From assembly GCA_017625395.1 (NCBI GenBank), contig JAGALD010000018.1, forward strand, positions 1 to 53,725: a stretch of DNA of 53,725 nt, in the 5' to 3' direction. Shown piece after piece: positions 8,250 to 17,916 of this stretch. This stretch comes from Bacilli bacterium. GTDB lineage: Bacteria > Bacillota_I > Bacilli_A > RF39 > UBA660. The stretch's first letter is position 1; every line of letters starts with the position of its first letter. The position numbers were made by a program, and so were the translations under genes. The notes below the pieces were generated by a model. That model was not told where the DNA came from, did no database searches, and worked only from the letters and a program-made list of their open reading frames with translations.

Positions 8250-9959
8250 ATGGAAACAACAAATCTTTCAAAAATTAAAAGAGAAAAAATGTTATACACT
8301 ATAAATGAAATAAAAAAGAATATAACTGACGAAGAAACTTTAAATAATTTATCTTTAATAGAAAATGAATTAACAAAAAAGAAATATGGTTTAGTTTGGG
8401 AAGAACATATAGAGAAAGTAGATATGGATTTGATAAATCAAATACCTACTTTTGAAGAAGTGAAAAATAAAGAAATATTTTCATCAAAAGATGAATGTTT
8501 TAATTTTTTAATAGAAGGAGATAATTTACATAGTTTATATTTATTAGAAAAGACACATAGTAAAAGAATTGATTTAATATATATAGATCCGCCATATAAC
8601 ACAGGTAACAAAGATTTTGTATATTCAGATGATGCAGTAGATCTTGAAGATGGATTTAGACACTCTAAATGGTTGTCTTTTATGGCAAATAGATTGAAAA
8701 TAGCTAGACAATTATTGAGTGAGCGTGGTGTTATATTTATTAGTATTGACGACAATGAACAATCACAATTAAAATTATTATGTGATGAAATATTTGGTAG
8801 TGAGCATTTTTTAGGATTAATAACAGTTGTTGGGAACCCACGAGGTAGAGATTATGGTGGAATTGCCAAAATGAATGATTATTTGATAGCATATTCTAAA
8901 ACTTCTAATTATGTTTTAAACAAAATAGAAGATGAAGAACATAAATTCAAAACAATTGATGAATATGGTGGTTTTGAATTAAGAGAATTAAGAAATCGTA
9001 ATATTAAGTTTAATGATAAAAATCGACCAAATTTATGTTATCCATTTTATGTTAATCCAAATAATAAAGATGAACATGGCTTATTAGAAATATCTTTAGA
9101 ACCACATGAGGGATTTATTGAAGTAATGCCTGCAATGTCTCAGGGTATACAAACGGTATGGAGATGGGGAAAGGAAAAATCTCTAAAAAATCTTAATATT
9201 AACATTAAAGGTAAACCAATGAAAGAAAAAAATCGATACATGATAGTAGAAAAATATCGTGACGAAAAAGTTATGCCAAGAAGCGTATGGTGGGATAAAA
9301 ACACTAATACCGAGAAAGGAACACTTTTATTAAAAGAAATACTTGGTGATAAAAGTTTTGATTATCCTAAACCAGTAGAGTTAATTCAAAGAATATGTGA
9401 AATGGGTACAGATAAAGAAAGCATTGTTTTAGATTTTTTTGCAGGTTCTGGAACAACTGGTCATGCAGTCATGGAATTAAATAAAAAAGACGGTGGTAAT
9501 AGAAAATTTATTTTGTGTACAAATAATGAAAATAATATTTGTGAAAATGTAACATATAGAAGATTAAATAATATAATAACTGGTTATGAAAACTCTAAAA
9601 AAGAACATATAAAAGGATATAATAATATAAATTTAAAATATTATAAGACATCATGTATTCCTAAAGTAAATGATGATAATAATAATCTAAAAGAAAATTT
9701 AATGAAGAATATAGTTAATTTAATTCAATTAGAAAACGGAATTAAAGTTGATAATTCTACAATTTGTGTATTTTTAGATGAAGAAGAATTAGATAAATTT
9801 TCATTATGTAAGGATAAATTAGATAATTGTCAAAAGATTTATATTTCATCAGATATATTATTAACTTCAACAGAAGAAAAAATATTTGAGGAAAATAATA
9901 TTAAAGTATATGTTATTCCTGAATATTATTTTGCAGATGAGATTATGGAGGTAGCATAA
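8250..9959 (+). CDS. mod: Type III R-M methyltransferase (Mod)
   Basis: YGLVWEEH, IEGDNL, YIDPPYN, HSKWLSFM, PKPVEL, DFFAGSGTTG; start refined by GGGAGTGA RBS. Confidence 0.92.
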   Translation: METTNLSKIKREKMLYTINEIKKNITDEETLNNLSLIENELTKKKYGLVWEEHIEKVDMDLINQIPTFEEVKNKEIFSSKDECFNFLIEGDNLHSLYLLEKTHSKRIDLIYIDPPYNTGNKDFVYSDDAVDLEDGFRHSKWLSFMANRLKIARQLLSERGVIFISIDDNEQSQLKLLCDEIFGSEHFLGLITVVGNPRGRDYGGIAKMNDYLIAYSKTSNYVLNKIEDEEHKFKTIDEYGGFELRELRNRNIKFNDKNRPNLCYPFYVNPNNKDEHGLLEISLEPHEGFIEVMPAMSQGIQTVWRWGKEKSLKNLNINIKGKPMKEKNRYMIVEKYRDEKVMPRSVWWDKNTNTEKGTLLLKEILGDKSFDYPKPVELIQRICEMGTDKESIVLDFFAGSGTTGHAVMELNKKDGGNRKFILCTNNENNICENVTYRRLNNIITGYENSKKEHIKGYNNINLKYYKTSCIPKVNDDNNNLKENLMKNIVNLIQLENGIKVDNSTICVFLDEEELDKFSLCKDKLDNCQKIYISSDILLTSTEEKIFEENNIKVYVIPEYYFADEIMEVA

Positions 9960-12151
9960 TGCAAGGTATCAAATTAAAAGAATTCCAAATTGATGCAGTA
10001 AACAAATTACTAGATGCTACATCTGTAGGAAATAAAAAAGAAGTATTAGTCCAAGCTCCAACAGGAAGTGGAAAAACAATTATATTGTTATCATATATTG
10101 AAGAATTCTTAAAAGAAGATAAAAAAACAATATTTGTATGGTTAACCCCTGGTAAGGGAGATTTAGAAGAACAAAGTAGAGATAAAATGTTAAGATATTT
10201 ACCGACATTAGAATCTAAAAATATTCAGGATGTTTTATTACAAGGGTTTGATAGTAAAGATACAGCATTTATCAATTGGGAAACAATTACAAAAAAAGGT
10301 AATACAGCATTGAAAGATGCAGAACGAAAGAATTTATATGAAAGAGTAACTGAAGCTCACAATAAAGGTTATGAATTTATTGTAATTGTAGATGAAGAAC
10401 ATTTGAATAAAACAATAAAAGCTGAGGCAATAATTGAATATATGAACCCTAAATATATTGTTAGAGTTAGTGCCACTACAAAAGTTAATAAAGAAGCAGA
10501 ATATATAGAAATTGATGAGTTAAGTGTAATAAATGAAGGATTAATTACTCGTGCTTTATACATAAATGAAAATGTATCTAATCAAGATGTTTTATCAAAC
10601 GAACACGAGTATCTTTTAGAACTTGCTATTAATAAAAGAAAGACAATCAAAGAAGAATACATAAATAAAAATATACAAGTTAATCCATTAATTATTATTC
10701 AAGTGCCAAGCAAATCCGATGATTTAATATTGCAAATAGAAACTATATTAAATGAAAAAGGTTATTCATATGATAGAAACAATTTAGCAATATGGTTAGC
10801 AGATAGAAAAGAAAATATTGATAATATAGAAAATAATGAATCTCATCAAGCAATATTAATAATGAAACAAGCAATATCTACTGGATGGGATTGTCCAAGA
10901 GCAAAAATTCTAGTTAAACTTCGTGATAATATGAGTGAAGATTTTGAAACTCAAACCATTGGTAGAATTAGAAGAATGCCACAAGCAAAACACTATGACA
11001 ATGTATTGCTAGATAATTGTTATCTTTATACCTTTGATGAAAAATATGAAGAAACTATAAAACAAGAATTAGGAAATAATGCCAAAGATACAAAGGTTAT
11101 ATTTTTAAAAAATGAATTTAAAAGTCTATCTTTAAAGAAAATTAATTTTGATAGTAATTTTGATGGATTTGACGAAAGACAAACATTTAATATATTGCAT
11201 AAGTATTTTGTAGATAAATATAATTTAGGAACTTCAAAGAAAAATAATAAAACAAATTTGGAGGCAAATGGTTATAATTTCAAAAATACAATTGAAAGTA
11301 GTATTGTTCAAGGTAAGGTTGTACGATTAGATGAAATTCAAGATGCCGATCGTATTAAAGTTGAATCGATAGTTAATACAAATAAAAATGGTTTTGAATT
11401 AAGATATTCAATAAATATTATTTCATCAAGAATAGGTATGAGATATGATAGAACAAGATTAATGTTAGAAAGAATGTTTTTAAAAAGTAAATTATTCTCT
11501 AAAAAGTTTGTTGATTTAACTATTCCTGAATTTTATGCTTTTGTAATAAATAATGAAGAATTATTAAAACACGATTTTCAAGAAGCAGTATCTCAAAAAG
11601 CAAGACAAATGAAATTAAAACTTGAAGAAGTTAAAATAACTGATTGGAAAGTACCAGAGATGGATTATATAAAATATGATCCAAAGATGAAAGATACTCA
11701 AATTTATAATAAATCAATTTATATGAATTATCCTAATAGTACAATTAAATCAAAATCTGAGAGAATGTTTGAAAAGTATTGTGAAAATAGTGATAATATA
11801 AAATGGTTTTACAAAAATGGAGAATCAGCAGAATCATATTTTTCAATAGTATATGTAGATGCAGTTAACAAAAAATGGCATTTCTATCCTGATTTTATTG
11901 TATGTGATAAGAATAATAAAATTTGGATAATAGAAACAAAAGGTGGAGAGAGTACATCTGGAGAATCTAAAAATATTGATATGAAAGTAGAAAATAAATT
12001 TGAAGCTTTGAAGCAATATTCTAAAGAGTATAATGTCAATTGGGGATTTGTAAGAGATTATGATAAAAACGAATCATTATATTTATGTAATACTGAATAT
12101 ACAGAAGATATGGAAAATGATAATTGGATTAATCTTGATGAAGTATTTTAA
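9959..12151 (+). CDS. res: Type III R-M restriction subunit (Res)
   Basis: APTGSGKT, DEEH, GWDCP, QTIGRIRR; C-terminal PDF..IETK nuclease; 1-nt overlap with mod. Confidence 0.92.
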   Translation: MQGIKLKEFQIDAVNKLLDATSVGNKKEVLVQAPTGSGKTIILLSYIEEFLKEDKKTIFVWLTPGKGDLEEQSRDKMLRYLPTLESKNIQDVLLQGFDSKDTAFINWETITKKGNTALKDAERKNLYERVTEAHNKGYEFIVIVDEEHLNKTIKAEAIIEYMNPKYIVRVSATTKVNKEAEYIEIDELSVINEGLITRALYINENVSNQDVLSNEHEYLLELAINKRKTIKEEYINKNIQVNPLIIIQVPSKSDDLILQIETILNEKGYSYDRNNLAIWLADRKENIDNIENNESHQAILIMKQAISTGWDCPRAKILVKLRDNMSEDFETQTIGRIRRMPQAKHYDNVLLDNCYLYTFDEKYEETIKQELGNNAKDTKVIFLKNEFKSLSLKKINFDSNFDGFDERQTFNILHKYFVDKYNLGTSKKNNKTNLEANGYNFKNTIESSIVQGKVVRLDEIQDADRIKVESIVNTNKNGFELRYSINIISSRIGMRYDRTRLMLERMFLKSKLFSKKFVDLTIPEFYAFVINNEELLKHDFQEAVSQKARQMKLKLEEVKITDWKVPEMDYIKYDPKMKDTQIYNKSIYMNYPNSTIKSKSERMFEKYCENSDNIKWFYKNGESAESYFSIVYVDAVNKKWHFYPDFIVCDKNNKIWIIETKGGESTSGESKNIDMKVENKFEALKQYSKEYNVNWGFVRDYDKNESLYLCNTEYTEDMENDNWINLDEVF

Positions 12152-12156
12152 ATGTT

Positions 12157-12183
12157 AAACAGGTTTATATAACCTGTTTTTTA
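12157..12183 (+). terminator. Terminator of mod-res
   Basis: aaacaggtt-tatat-aacctgtttttt. Confidence 0.8.
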
Positions 12184-12212
12184 TTGAAAAAAATGTCGAA
12201 CTTTGTTATACT
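12184..12212 (+). promoter_or_regulatory. SigA-type promoter
   Basis: TTGAAA-17 bp-TATACT with extended TG. Confidence 0.65.
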
Positions 12213-12217
12213 TTAAT

Positions 12218-12317
12218 AGTAGCAAACGCTACATTAAACCATTTTACTTTGCCGACATCAATCCTTCGATGTTGCAAACTTTTATAATAGTTGCTAGTAC
12301 AGGACTATTATTTTTTT
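12218..12317 (+). ncRNA. Candidate ~100-nt small RNA
   Basis: Lies between the promoter above and a terminator (ataatagt..actattat-T7); two internal hairpins; no RBS or ORF. Confidence 0.5.
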
Positions 12318-12510
12318 GTAAGTTTACATTTTTCTTATATTTAATTTTAGACAAGAAGTTCCAATTAATTTAAAAAAATGTTATAATAAATATAGATAAA
12401 TAGCAGTACATTATCTTTTTTAGGTGTGTACTGCTTTTATTTTTTGTGAAATTAATTTTAGTATTTGTATGTGAAGTATATGCAGTAAAGTAGTAAGAAG
12501 GGAGCAGAAA

Positions 12511-12828
12511 ATGCAAAAGGAGAACTTTGTATATAATAAAACATACAATAAGTATGGGAAAGTAGTACTTACTTTGGATAAAATGCTAGAAAAGAGAAAT
12601 ATGAAACCATATAGATTAAGTATTTTAACAGGAATTAATTGGGGAATTATCAAGAAATATGTTAGAGGTGATTTATATAGGGTTGATTTAGACTTATTAG
12701 CTAAAATATGTTTTGCATTAAATTGTTCATTAAGTGATATAATACATTACGAAGAAGAAAGAACCATCCAAAGAAAAAATCAAGAAAAAGATATGAAAAA
12801 TACAAGAAAAATGTTAAATAAAGTATAA
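12511..12828 (+). CDS. Cro/C1-type HTH regulator (YozG-like)
   Basis: LDKMLEKRNMKPYRLSILTGI...LAKICFALNCSLSDII. Confidence 0.8.
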   Translation: MQKENFVYNKTYNKYGKVVLTLDKMLEKRNMKPYRLSILTGINWGIIKKYVRGDLYRVDLDLLAKICFALNCSLSDIIHYEEERTIQRKNQEKDMKNTRKMLNKV

Positions 12829-13031
12829 AAAAATGTTAAAAAAATTATATAACACAAAGCAAATGTTAGGTGCTATAATTGATATAATCGCAGATACTAT
12901 GAAAGGAGATTCACAAACAACTAATGACTATACTTAATTAAATATAGTTTATATGAGTATAGTCTAAATATGGAGATAGTAATTTTTAATATCCTATGTT
13001 AGTGTAAAAACCAATTCAAGGGGAGATACTT

Positions 13032-13163
13032 ATGGGAAGAATTAAAAATAACTACATCAACAAAGTAAATTGGCAAGATCAAAAAAGAAATCATCATGCC
13101 ATTAAAAGATTAAACATAATTTTAAGTAGTATTTGTTTAATAAGAGAGTTTTATTCTGTATGA
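13032..13163 (+). CDS. Small 43-aa ORF, possible leader peptide
   Basis: GGGGAG RBS; MGRIKNNYINKVNWQDQKRNHHAIKRLNIILSSICLIREFYSV; stop codon inside a terminator hairpin. Confidence 0.45.
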   Translation: MGRIKNNYINKVNWQDQKRNHHAIKRLNIILSSICLIREFYSV

Positions 13164-13180
13164 ATAATGCTCTCTTTTTG
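13142..13180 (+). terminator. Terminator just upstream of the ArpU-like gene
   Basis: aagagag..ttattc-tgtat-gaataa..ctctcttttt. Confidence 0.65.
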
Positions 13181-13199
13181 TTTTCTAGGAGGGTTTTAT

Positions 13200-13640
13200 A
13201 TGAATGGATTATTATCAGATTCAATTATTAATCAATTTGATTACGGAGTTATTAAAAAGAATATTATTGATTTTATTAGTGCAATCAATTTATTAAGTTT
13301 TAAATTAAAAAACATTGAAAGACCTAAAATAACACCTAGTTATGAAATAAAATATAATTGTTTTGTACCTACAACATCATCAAAAATAGAAAACTTTGTT
13401 ATTAAAAAGATATTTTTAGAAGAAGAAATAAAAGAAATTATATCTAAATATACTATGGCAGTAAATTCATTAAATGATATGGAAAGAAAGGTATTCATTA
13501 AAACTTATATTTATGAACAGAAAGATGATGTGATGTGTTATGAAGTTGGTGTAAATGCAACTAAATTATTGCAAGTTAAAAAATCTGCATCAATAAAATT
13601 TTCAACAATATTAGATTTGGAAAACTTGTTAAATAATTGA
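13200..13640 (+). CDS. ArpU/RinA-like transcriptional regulator
   Basis: KITPSY...SKIENFVIKK...AVNSLNDMERKVF..Y...C-terminal HTH; AGGAGG RBS. Confidence 0.7.
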   Translation: MNGLLSDSIINQFDYGVIKKNIIDFISAINLLSFKLKNIERPKITPSYEIKYNCFVPTTSSKIENFVIKKIFLEEEIKEIISKYTMAVNSLNDMERKVFIKTYIYEQKDDVMCYEVGVNATKLLQVKKSASIKFSTILDLENLLNN

Positions 13641-13835
13641 GTTTATAGGGAACTCATCAAAAAACTAGTAGGAGGTGATTTATGCATAAAAAACAAAAAA
13701 TACCATAATAAGATTTTTTTGTTAAAATCAGTTGACAAAATTTAATTTTTAAGTGATTAATTGATTAGCAAAAATATCGATTATTTTATGCTTTTTAGCC
13801 ATTTTAGGCAAGTTGATGAAAGGTTGTGATATATT

Positions 13836-14489
13836 ATGAGCAAATTTCTAAACAGACGAAAAATGGTGCTTATTTTGGTAGTATTATTTATTGCTTTTAT
13901 ATTACTATGTATTTTGTTTACTCCTAGATTTAAAAATGGTTCAGAAACATCTAGTAATATAAATGAAATTAAACAAGATGAATCAATAAAAAAACAAGAT
14001 GATAAAACACAAGCTCCAGTTCAAGAAGAAAAGCAAGAAGAAACCCCAAAACAAGAAGAAACCCCAAAACAAAATAATGCTAGTAATAATCAATCAAATA
14101 AAAAAGAACATCAAAACGAAAATAAATCGGATACAAAGATTGAGAATTCAAAAGATACTGGAACAAATAAGCAAGATTCAGTTAATAATATAACTGAAGA
14201 TAAGATAAGCAATGACGAACCAAAACAAGAACCCCCAAAAGAGGTGCAACCCCCAACAAAAACTGCTTGGGAAGAACTTGGAATATCAGAATATGATTAC
14301 TATAATAAACCAATGTGGAATTGGGCAAGAATAGATTTTTCTATTAATGATTATAAAACTTATGACAAAACAAGAGAAGCATGTATAAATAAAGGAGAAG
14401 AATACTATGAACAAGGATATGGTTATTCATGTACTAGCATAAATAGTTATTCAGGAAATTATTTAGGAGAGATGCTTAAAACTTTTTGA
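13836..14489 (+). CDS. N-terminally anchored membrane protein with low-complexity stalk
   Basis: TM segment, QEETPK duplication, globular C-terminus with two Cys. Confidence 0.7.
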   Translation: MSKFLNRRKMVLILVVLFIAFILLCILFTPRFKNGSETSSNINEIKQDESIKKQDDKTQAPVQEEKQEETPKQEETPKQNNASNNQSNKKEHQNENKSDTKIENSKDTGTNKQDSVNNITEDKISNDEPKQEPPKEVQPPTKTAWEELGISEYDYYNKPMWNWARIDFSINDYKTYDKTREACINKGEEYYEQGYGYSCTSINSYSGNYLGEMLKTF

Positions 14490-14511
14490 CACTACATAGT
14501 GTCTTTTTTTT
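14488..14511 (+). terminator. Terminator abutting the adhesin RBS
   Basis: gacact-acat-agtgtc-T8, then GAGAGAAGGTG. Confidence 0.7.
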
Positions 14512-14526
14512 GAGAGAAGGTGTTTT

Positions 14527-17283
14527 ATGAAATGTAAATTAATTAAATATAATATAATAGGAATATTTTTATTTTTAGCTTTTATTGGAATTAAAGAAGT
14601 AAAAGCTGAAACTTATACTGGACAAGCAATATGGCCATCTGAACATATATCAAATATATATATTAAAAAGTTTAGAGCAGATGGATATATTAAATGGCAA
14701 CAAGCAAGATTTATTAGAAGAAGTGAAGATAATAAATTTGTATATTGTCTTCAACCTTATGTAGAAATTGACAATAATTTACCATATTACAACATAGAGA
14801 GACAAGATTATGCATCAGTTTTAAATATGACTGAAGAACAATGGGATAGAGTATCATTGTTGGCATATTATGGATATGGTTATGACCAAAACGGATATGA
14901 CCATTCAGCACAAAAATGGTATGCAATTACACAAGTTATGATTTGGAGAACTGTTGAACCAACATCAAGAATAGTATTTACTGATACCTTAAATGGTAAT
15001 GAGGTTTCTAATAAATTTGCAAGTGAAATAGCTGAGTTAGAATCATTAGTGGCAAATCACTATAAAAGACCAAGTTTTAATACAACTGATTTAGTATTAC
15101 CATTAGGACAAAGTGTTACTTTAACTGACGCTAATGGAGTTTTAAATCAATATAAAGTATCTTCAAGTGAAAATGTAAATGCAGTAATAAATGGAAACAA
15201 TATTGTTTTAACTGCAACAGGAATAGGTAATGCAAAGGTTAATCTATCAAAAAATGCTAAAAAATACTCAGAACCACCAATTGTATATTATAGTAATCAC
15301 TCACAAAATGTTATGCGTGTAGGTTATTACGATCCAATACCATCAAATTTTTCTTTAAAAGTAGTAGGTGGTAGAGTGGAAATAAATAAAGTAGATAGTG
15401 AAACAAAATTATCTATCGGTCAAGGAGATGGTTTATTAAGTAATGCAGTTTATGGTATTTATAATACAAGTAATGAAAAAATAGCAGAACTAACTACTGA
15501 CAAAAATGGATATGCAATTAGTAACTATTTACCAAGTTTAGGAGAATTTTATTTAAAAGAAATAACTCCAAGTAGAGGTTATGAATTAGATAGAAATATA
15601 TATAGATTTATTGTTGATGAAAATTCTTTACTTGCTAGTGTTGAGGTATATGAAAAAGTTATTGATAGTGATGTAACTATTTTTAAAGTTCATGCTAGTG
15701 ATAAAACTGGTATATTAACACCAGAACCAAATGTAACTTTTGATATTTATTTAAAATCAACTAATACATTATACAAATCTATAACAACTGACAAAAATGG
15801 ATATGCAACAATACATTTACCATATGGTACTTGGGTATTTAAACAAATGAATAGTACTCCTAATTTTGAAAAGGTTGAAGATTTTGAAATATCAATCAGT
15901 GAAACTTCTGACGAAAATATTTATAATTTAATTTCTAATGCAGAAATAACTGCAAGATTAAAAGTAATTAAGATTGATAAAGATACAGGAGATGTAATTG
16001 AAAGAAGTGGTATAAAATTCAAAATAAAATCTACTGCTACAAATGAATACATTTGTCAAACAATAACATATCCATCTGCTAAAACAATTTGTGAATATGA
16101 AACTGATGAAAATGGAGTGTTAATTACACCATATCCATTATTATCAGGAAAATATAAACTTGAAGAAGTTGACCAAGTTATTGATGGATATTTGTGGAAT
16201 AAAGAATCTCTTGAATTTGAAATTGGAGAAAATTCTAATTTAATCAATGATAGTGATTATGGTGTGTTATTTGAAACAAAATTTGAAAATAAAGCTGTAA
16301 AGGGTATGATTGAAATTAATAAATTAGGAGAAAAAGTAATTATTAAAGATGGTACTTTTAATTATGTTGATGAACCTTTATCTAATGTTAAATTTGGTTT
16401 ATATGATAAAGATAATAATTTAATAAAAGAAGTATTAACCGATAAAAATGGATATGCTAGATTTGAAGATTTACCATTAGGAAAGTACATAATAAAAGAA
16501 ATCTCAACAATGGATAATTTGATATTAGATTCTAATGTATATGAAGTTGAATTGAAATACAAAGATCAATATACGGCAATAATAAGTAAATCATTTGAAT
16601 TTGATAATGATTATAAAAAAGGAGAATTGCAATTTACAAAAACTGATTTAATTGATGGTAGAGTTATACCAAATACTAAAATAGAAATATATACAGAAAA
16701 TGATGAATTAGTATTTAGTGGTGTTACCGATGAAAATGGTATGATAATTATTGAAGATTTATTTGTTGGTAAATTTTATATAATTGAAACCGTACCAAAT
16801 TCATCTTATATACTAACTGAAGAAAAAATCTTCTTTGAAATCAAAGAAAATGGAGAAATAGTAAAAGCTGAAATGAAAAATGAACCTATTATGGGAAGAT
16901 TAGAGTTTACAAAAGTAGATTTTTCAACTCACGAGCCATTGCCAAATACTAAAATAGAAATATATACAGAAAATGATGAATTAGTATTTAGTGGTGTTAC
17001 TGATGAAAATGGTATGATAGTTATTGAAGAATTAAGAGCTAATAAATACTACATTATTGAAAAAGAAGCACCATCAAATTATATTTTAAATGAAGAAAAA
17101 ATGTTTTTTGAAATTAAAGAAGATGGAGAAATTATTAAATCAGTAATGACAAATGAAAAAATCAAAATTGAAGTACCAAACACTCTAAATAATGATTATA
17201 TTAATATTGCTATGATCGGATTAATTGGAATTGGAACACTTTGCATTGTTTATGGAACAATCAAAAAAAGAAAAGAAAAATAA
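14527..17283 (+). CDS. Cell-wall-anchored adhesin: thioester domain plus SpaA/CnaB-type repeats
   Basis: Signal peptide; YCLQP and TQVMIW; repeated K.D...TD.NG...G.Y...E...P.GY domains; VPNT + TM + basic tail. Confidence 0.85.
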   Translation: MKCKLIKYNIIGIFLFLAFIGIKEVKAETYTGQAIWPSEHISNIYIKKFRADGYIKWQQARFIRRSEDNKFVYCLQPYVEIDNNLPYYNIERQDYASVLNMTEEQWDRVSLLAYYGYGYDQNGYDHSAQKWYAITQVMIWRTVEPTSRIVFTDTLNGNEVSNKFASEIAELESLVANHYKRPSFNTTDLVLPLGQSVTLTDANGVLNQYKVSSSENVNAVINGNNIVLTATGIGNAKVNLSKNAKKYSEPPIVYYSNHSQNVMRVGYYDPIPSNFSLKVVGGRVEINKVDSETKLSIGQGDGLLSNAVYGIYNTSNEKIAELTTDKNGYAISNYLPSLGEFYLKEITPSRGYELDRNIYRFIVDENSLLASVEVYEKVIDSDVTIFKVHASDKTGILTPEPNVTFDIYLKSTNTLYKSITTDKNGYATIHLPYGTWVFKQMNSTPNFEKVEDFEISISETSDENIYNLISNAEITARLKVIKIDKDTGDVIERSGIKFKIKSTATNEYICQTITYPSAKTICEYETDENGVLITPYPLLSGKYKLEEVDQVIDGYLWNKESLEFEIGENSNLINDSDYGVLFETKFENKAVKGMIEINKLGEKVIIKDGTFNYVDEPLSNVKFGLYDKDNNLIKEVLTDKNGYARFEDLPLGKYIIKEISTMDNLILDSNVYEVELKYKDQYTAIISKSFEFDNDYKKGELQFTKTDLIDGRVIPNTKIEIYTENDELVFSGVTDENGMIIIEDLFVGKFYIIETVPNSSYILTEEKIFFEIKENGEIVKAEMKNEPIMGRLEFTKVDFSTHEPLPNTKIEIYTENDELVFSGVTDENGMIVIEELRANKYYIIEKEAPSNYILNEEKMFFEIKEDGEIIKSVMTNEKIKIEVPNTLNNDYINIAMIGLIGIGTLCIVYGTIKKRKEK
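16669..17030 (+). repeat. ~89-bp near-identical direct repeat in the last two pilin domains
   Basis: 16669-16757 versus 16942-17030, 273-bp period, two mismatches seen. Confidence 0.8.
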
Positions 17284-17906
17284 TAAAAGATACTTATTCA
17301 TTGTAATAGGTATCTTTTTAATTCTTGTGGGAATTTTTGTTATTGGATATAGAGAATATTCAAATAATAAGAATAAATTAGTAGAACAAGAAAAGATAGA
17401 ATTATTCTTTGAAGAAGAAGTGAATGATCCGATTGAAGAACCAAAACAGGAAGAAAAACAAGAAGAACCTCCAAAACAAGTAGAACCAAAGAAGGAAATA
17501 AATTATGTAGCAATATTAGAAATACCAAAAATTAATTTAAAAAAAGGATTAGTTGATAAGAATAGTAAGGACAATAATGTAGATAAAAACATATATACCT
17601 TAAAAGAGTCGACTTTTCCAAATGATGAAAATAATAGTCATATTATTTTAGCAAGCCATTCAGGGAATAGTTATATTTCTTTTTTTAAAAATTTTAAAAA
17701 AATTAAGTTTAGGAGATAAGGTTAATCTTTACTATCAAAATACTAAATATGAATACGAGATAAAAAAGAAATATGAAATAGAAAAAACAGGAACTATGAC
17801 ATTAAATCAAACTGATACATCAGATATAACATTAGTTACCTGTATAAGTGGTACAAATAAACAACTAGTATTTATTGCACAATTAGTAAATGAAAATTCT
17901 TACTAG
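17252..17906 (+). pseudogene. Sortase split by a +1 frameshift near 17692-17702
   Basis: Frame 1 has the TM, LEIPKINL and ILASHSG; the +1 frame continues LSLGDKV...TLVTC...LVFIA to TAG 17906. Confidence 0.8.
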
Positions 17907-17916
17907 AAAGGATTAT

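Noticed and set aside
8250-9959. Phase-variable mod (phasevarion)
   Set aside because: No simple-sequence repeat tract seen in or upstream of mod; the frame is intact
12246-12260. Pairing of the candidate sRNA with the 19773-19871 attenuator
   Set aside because: Only 6-7-nt complementarities (actttgc/gcaaagt, acatca/tgatgt), not above chance
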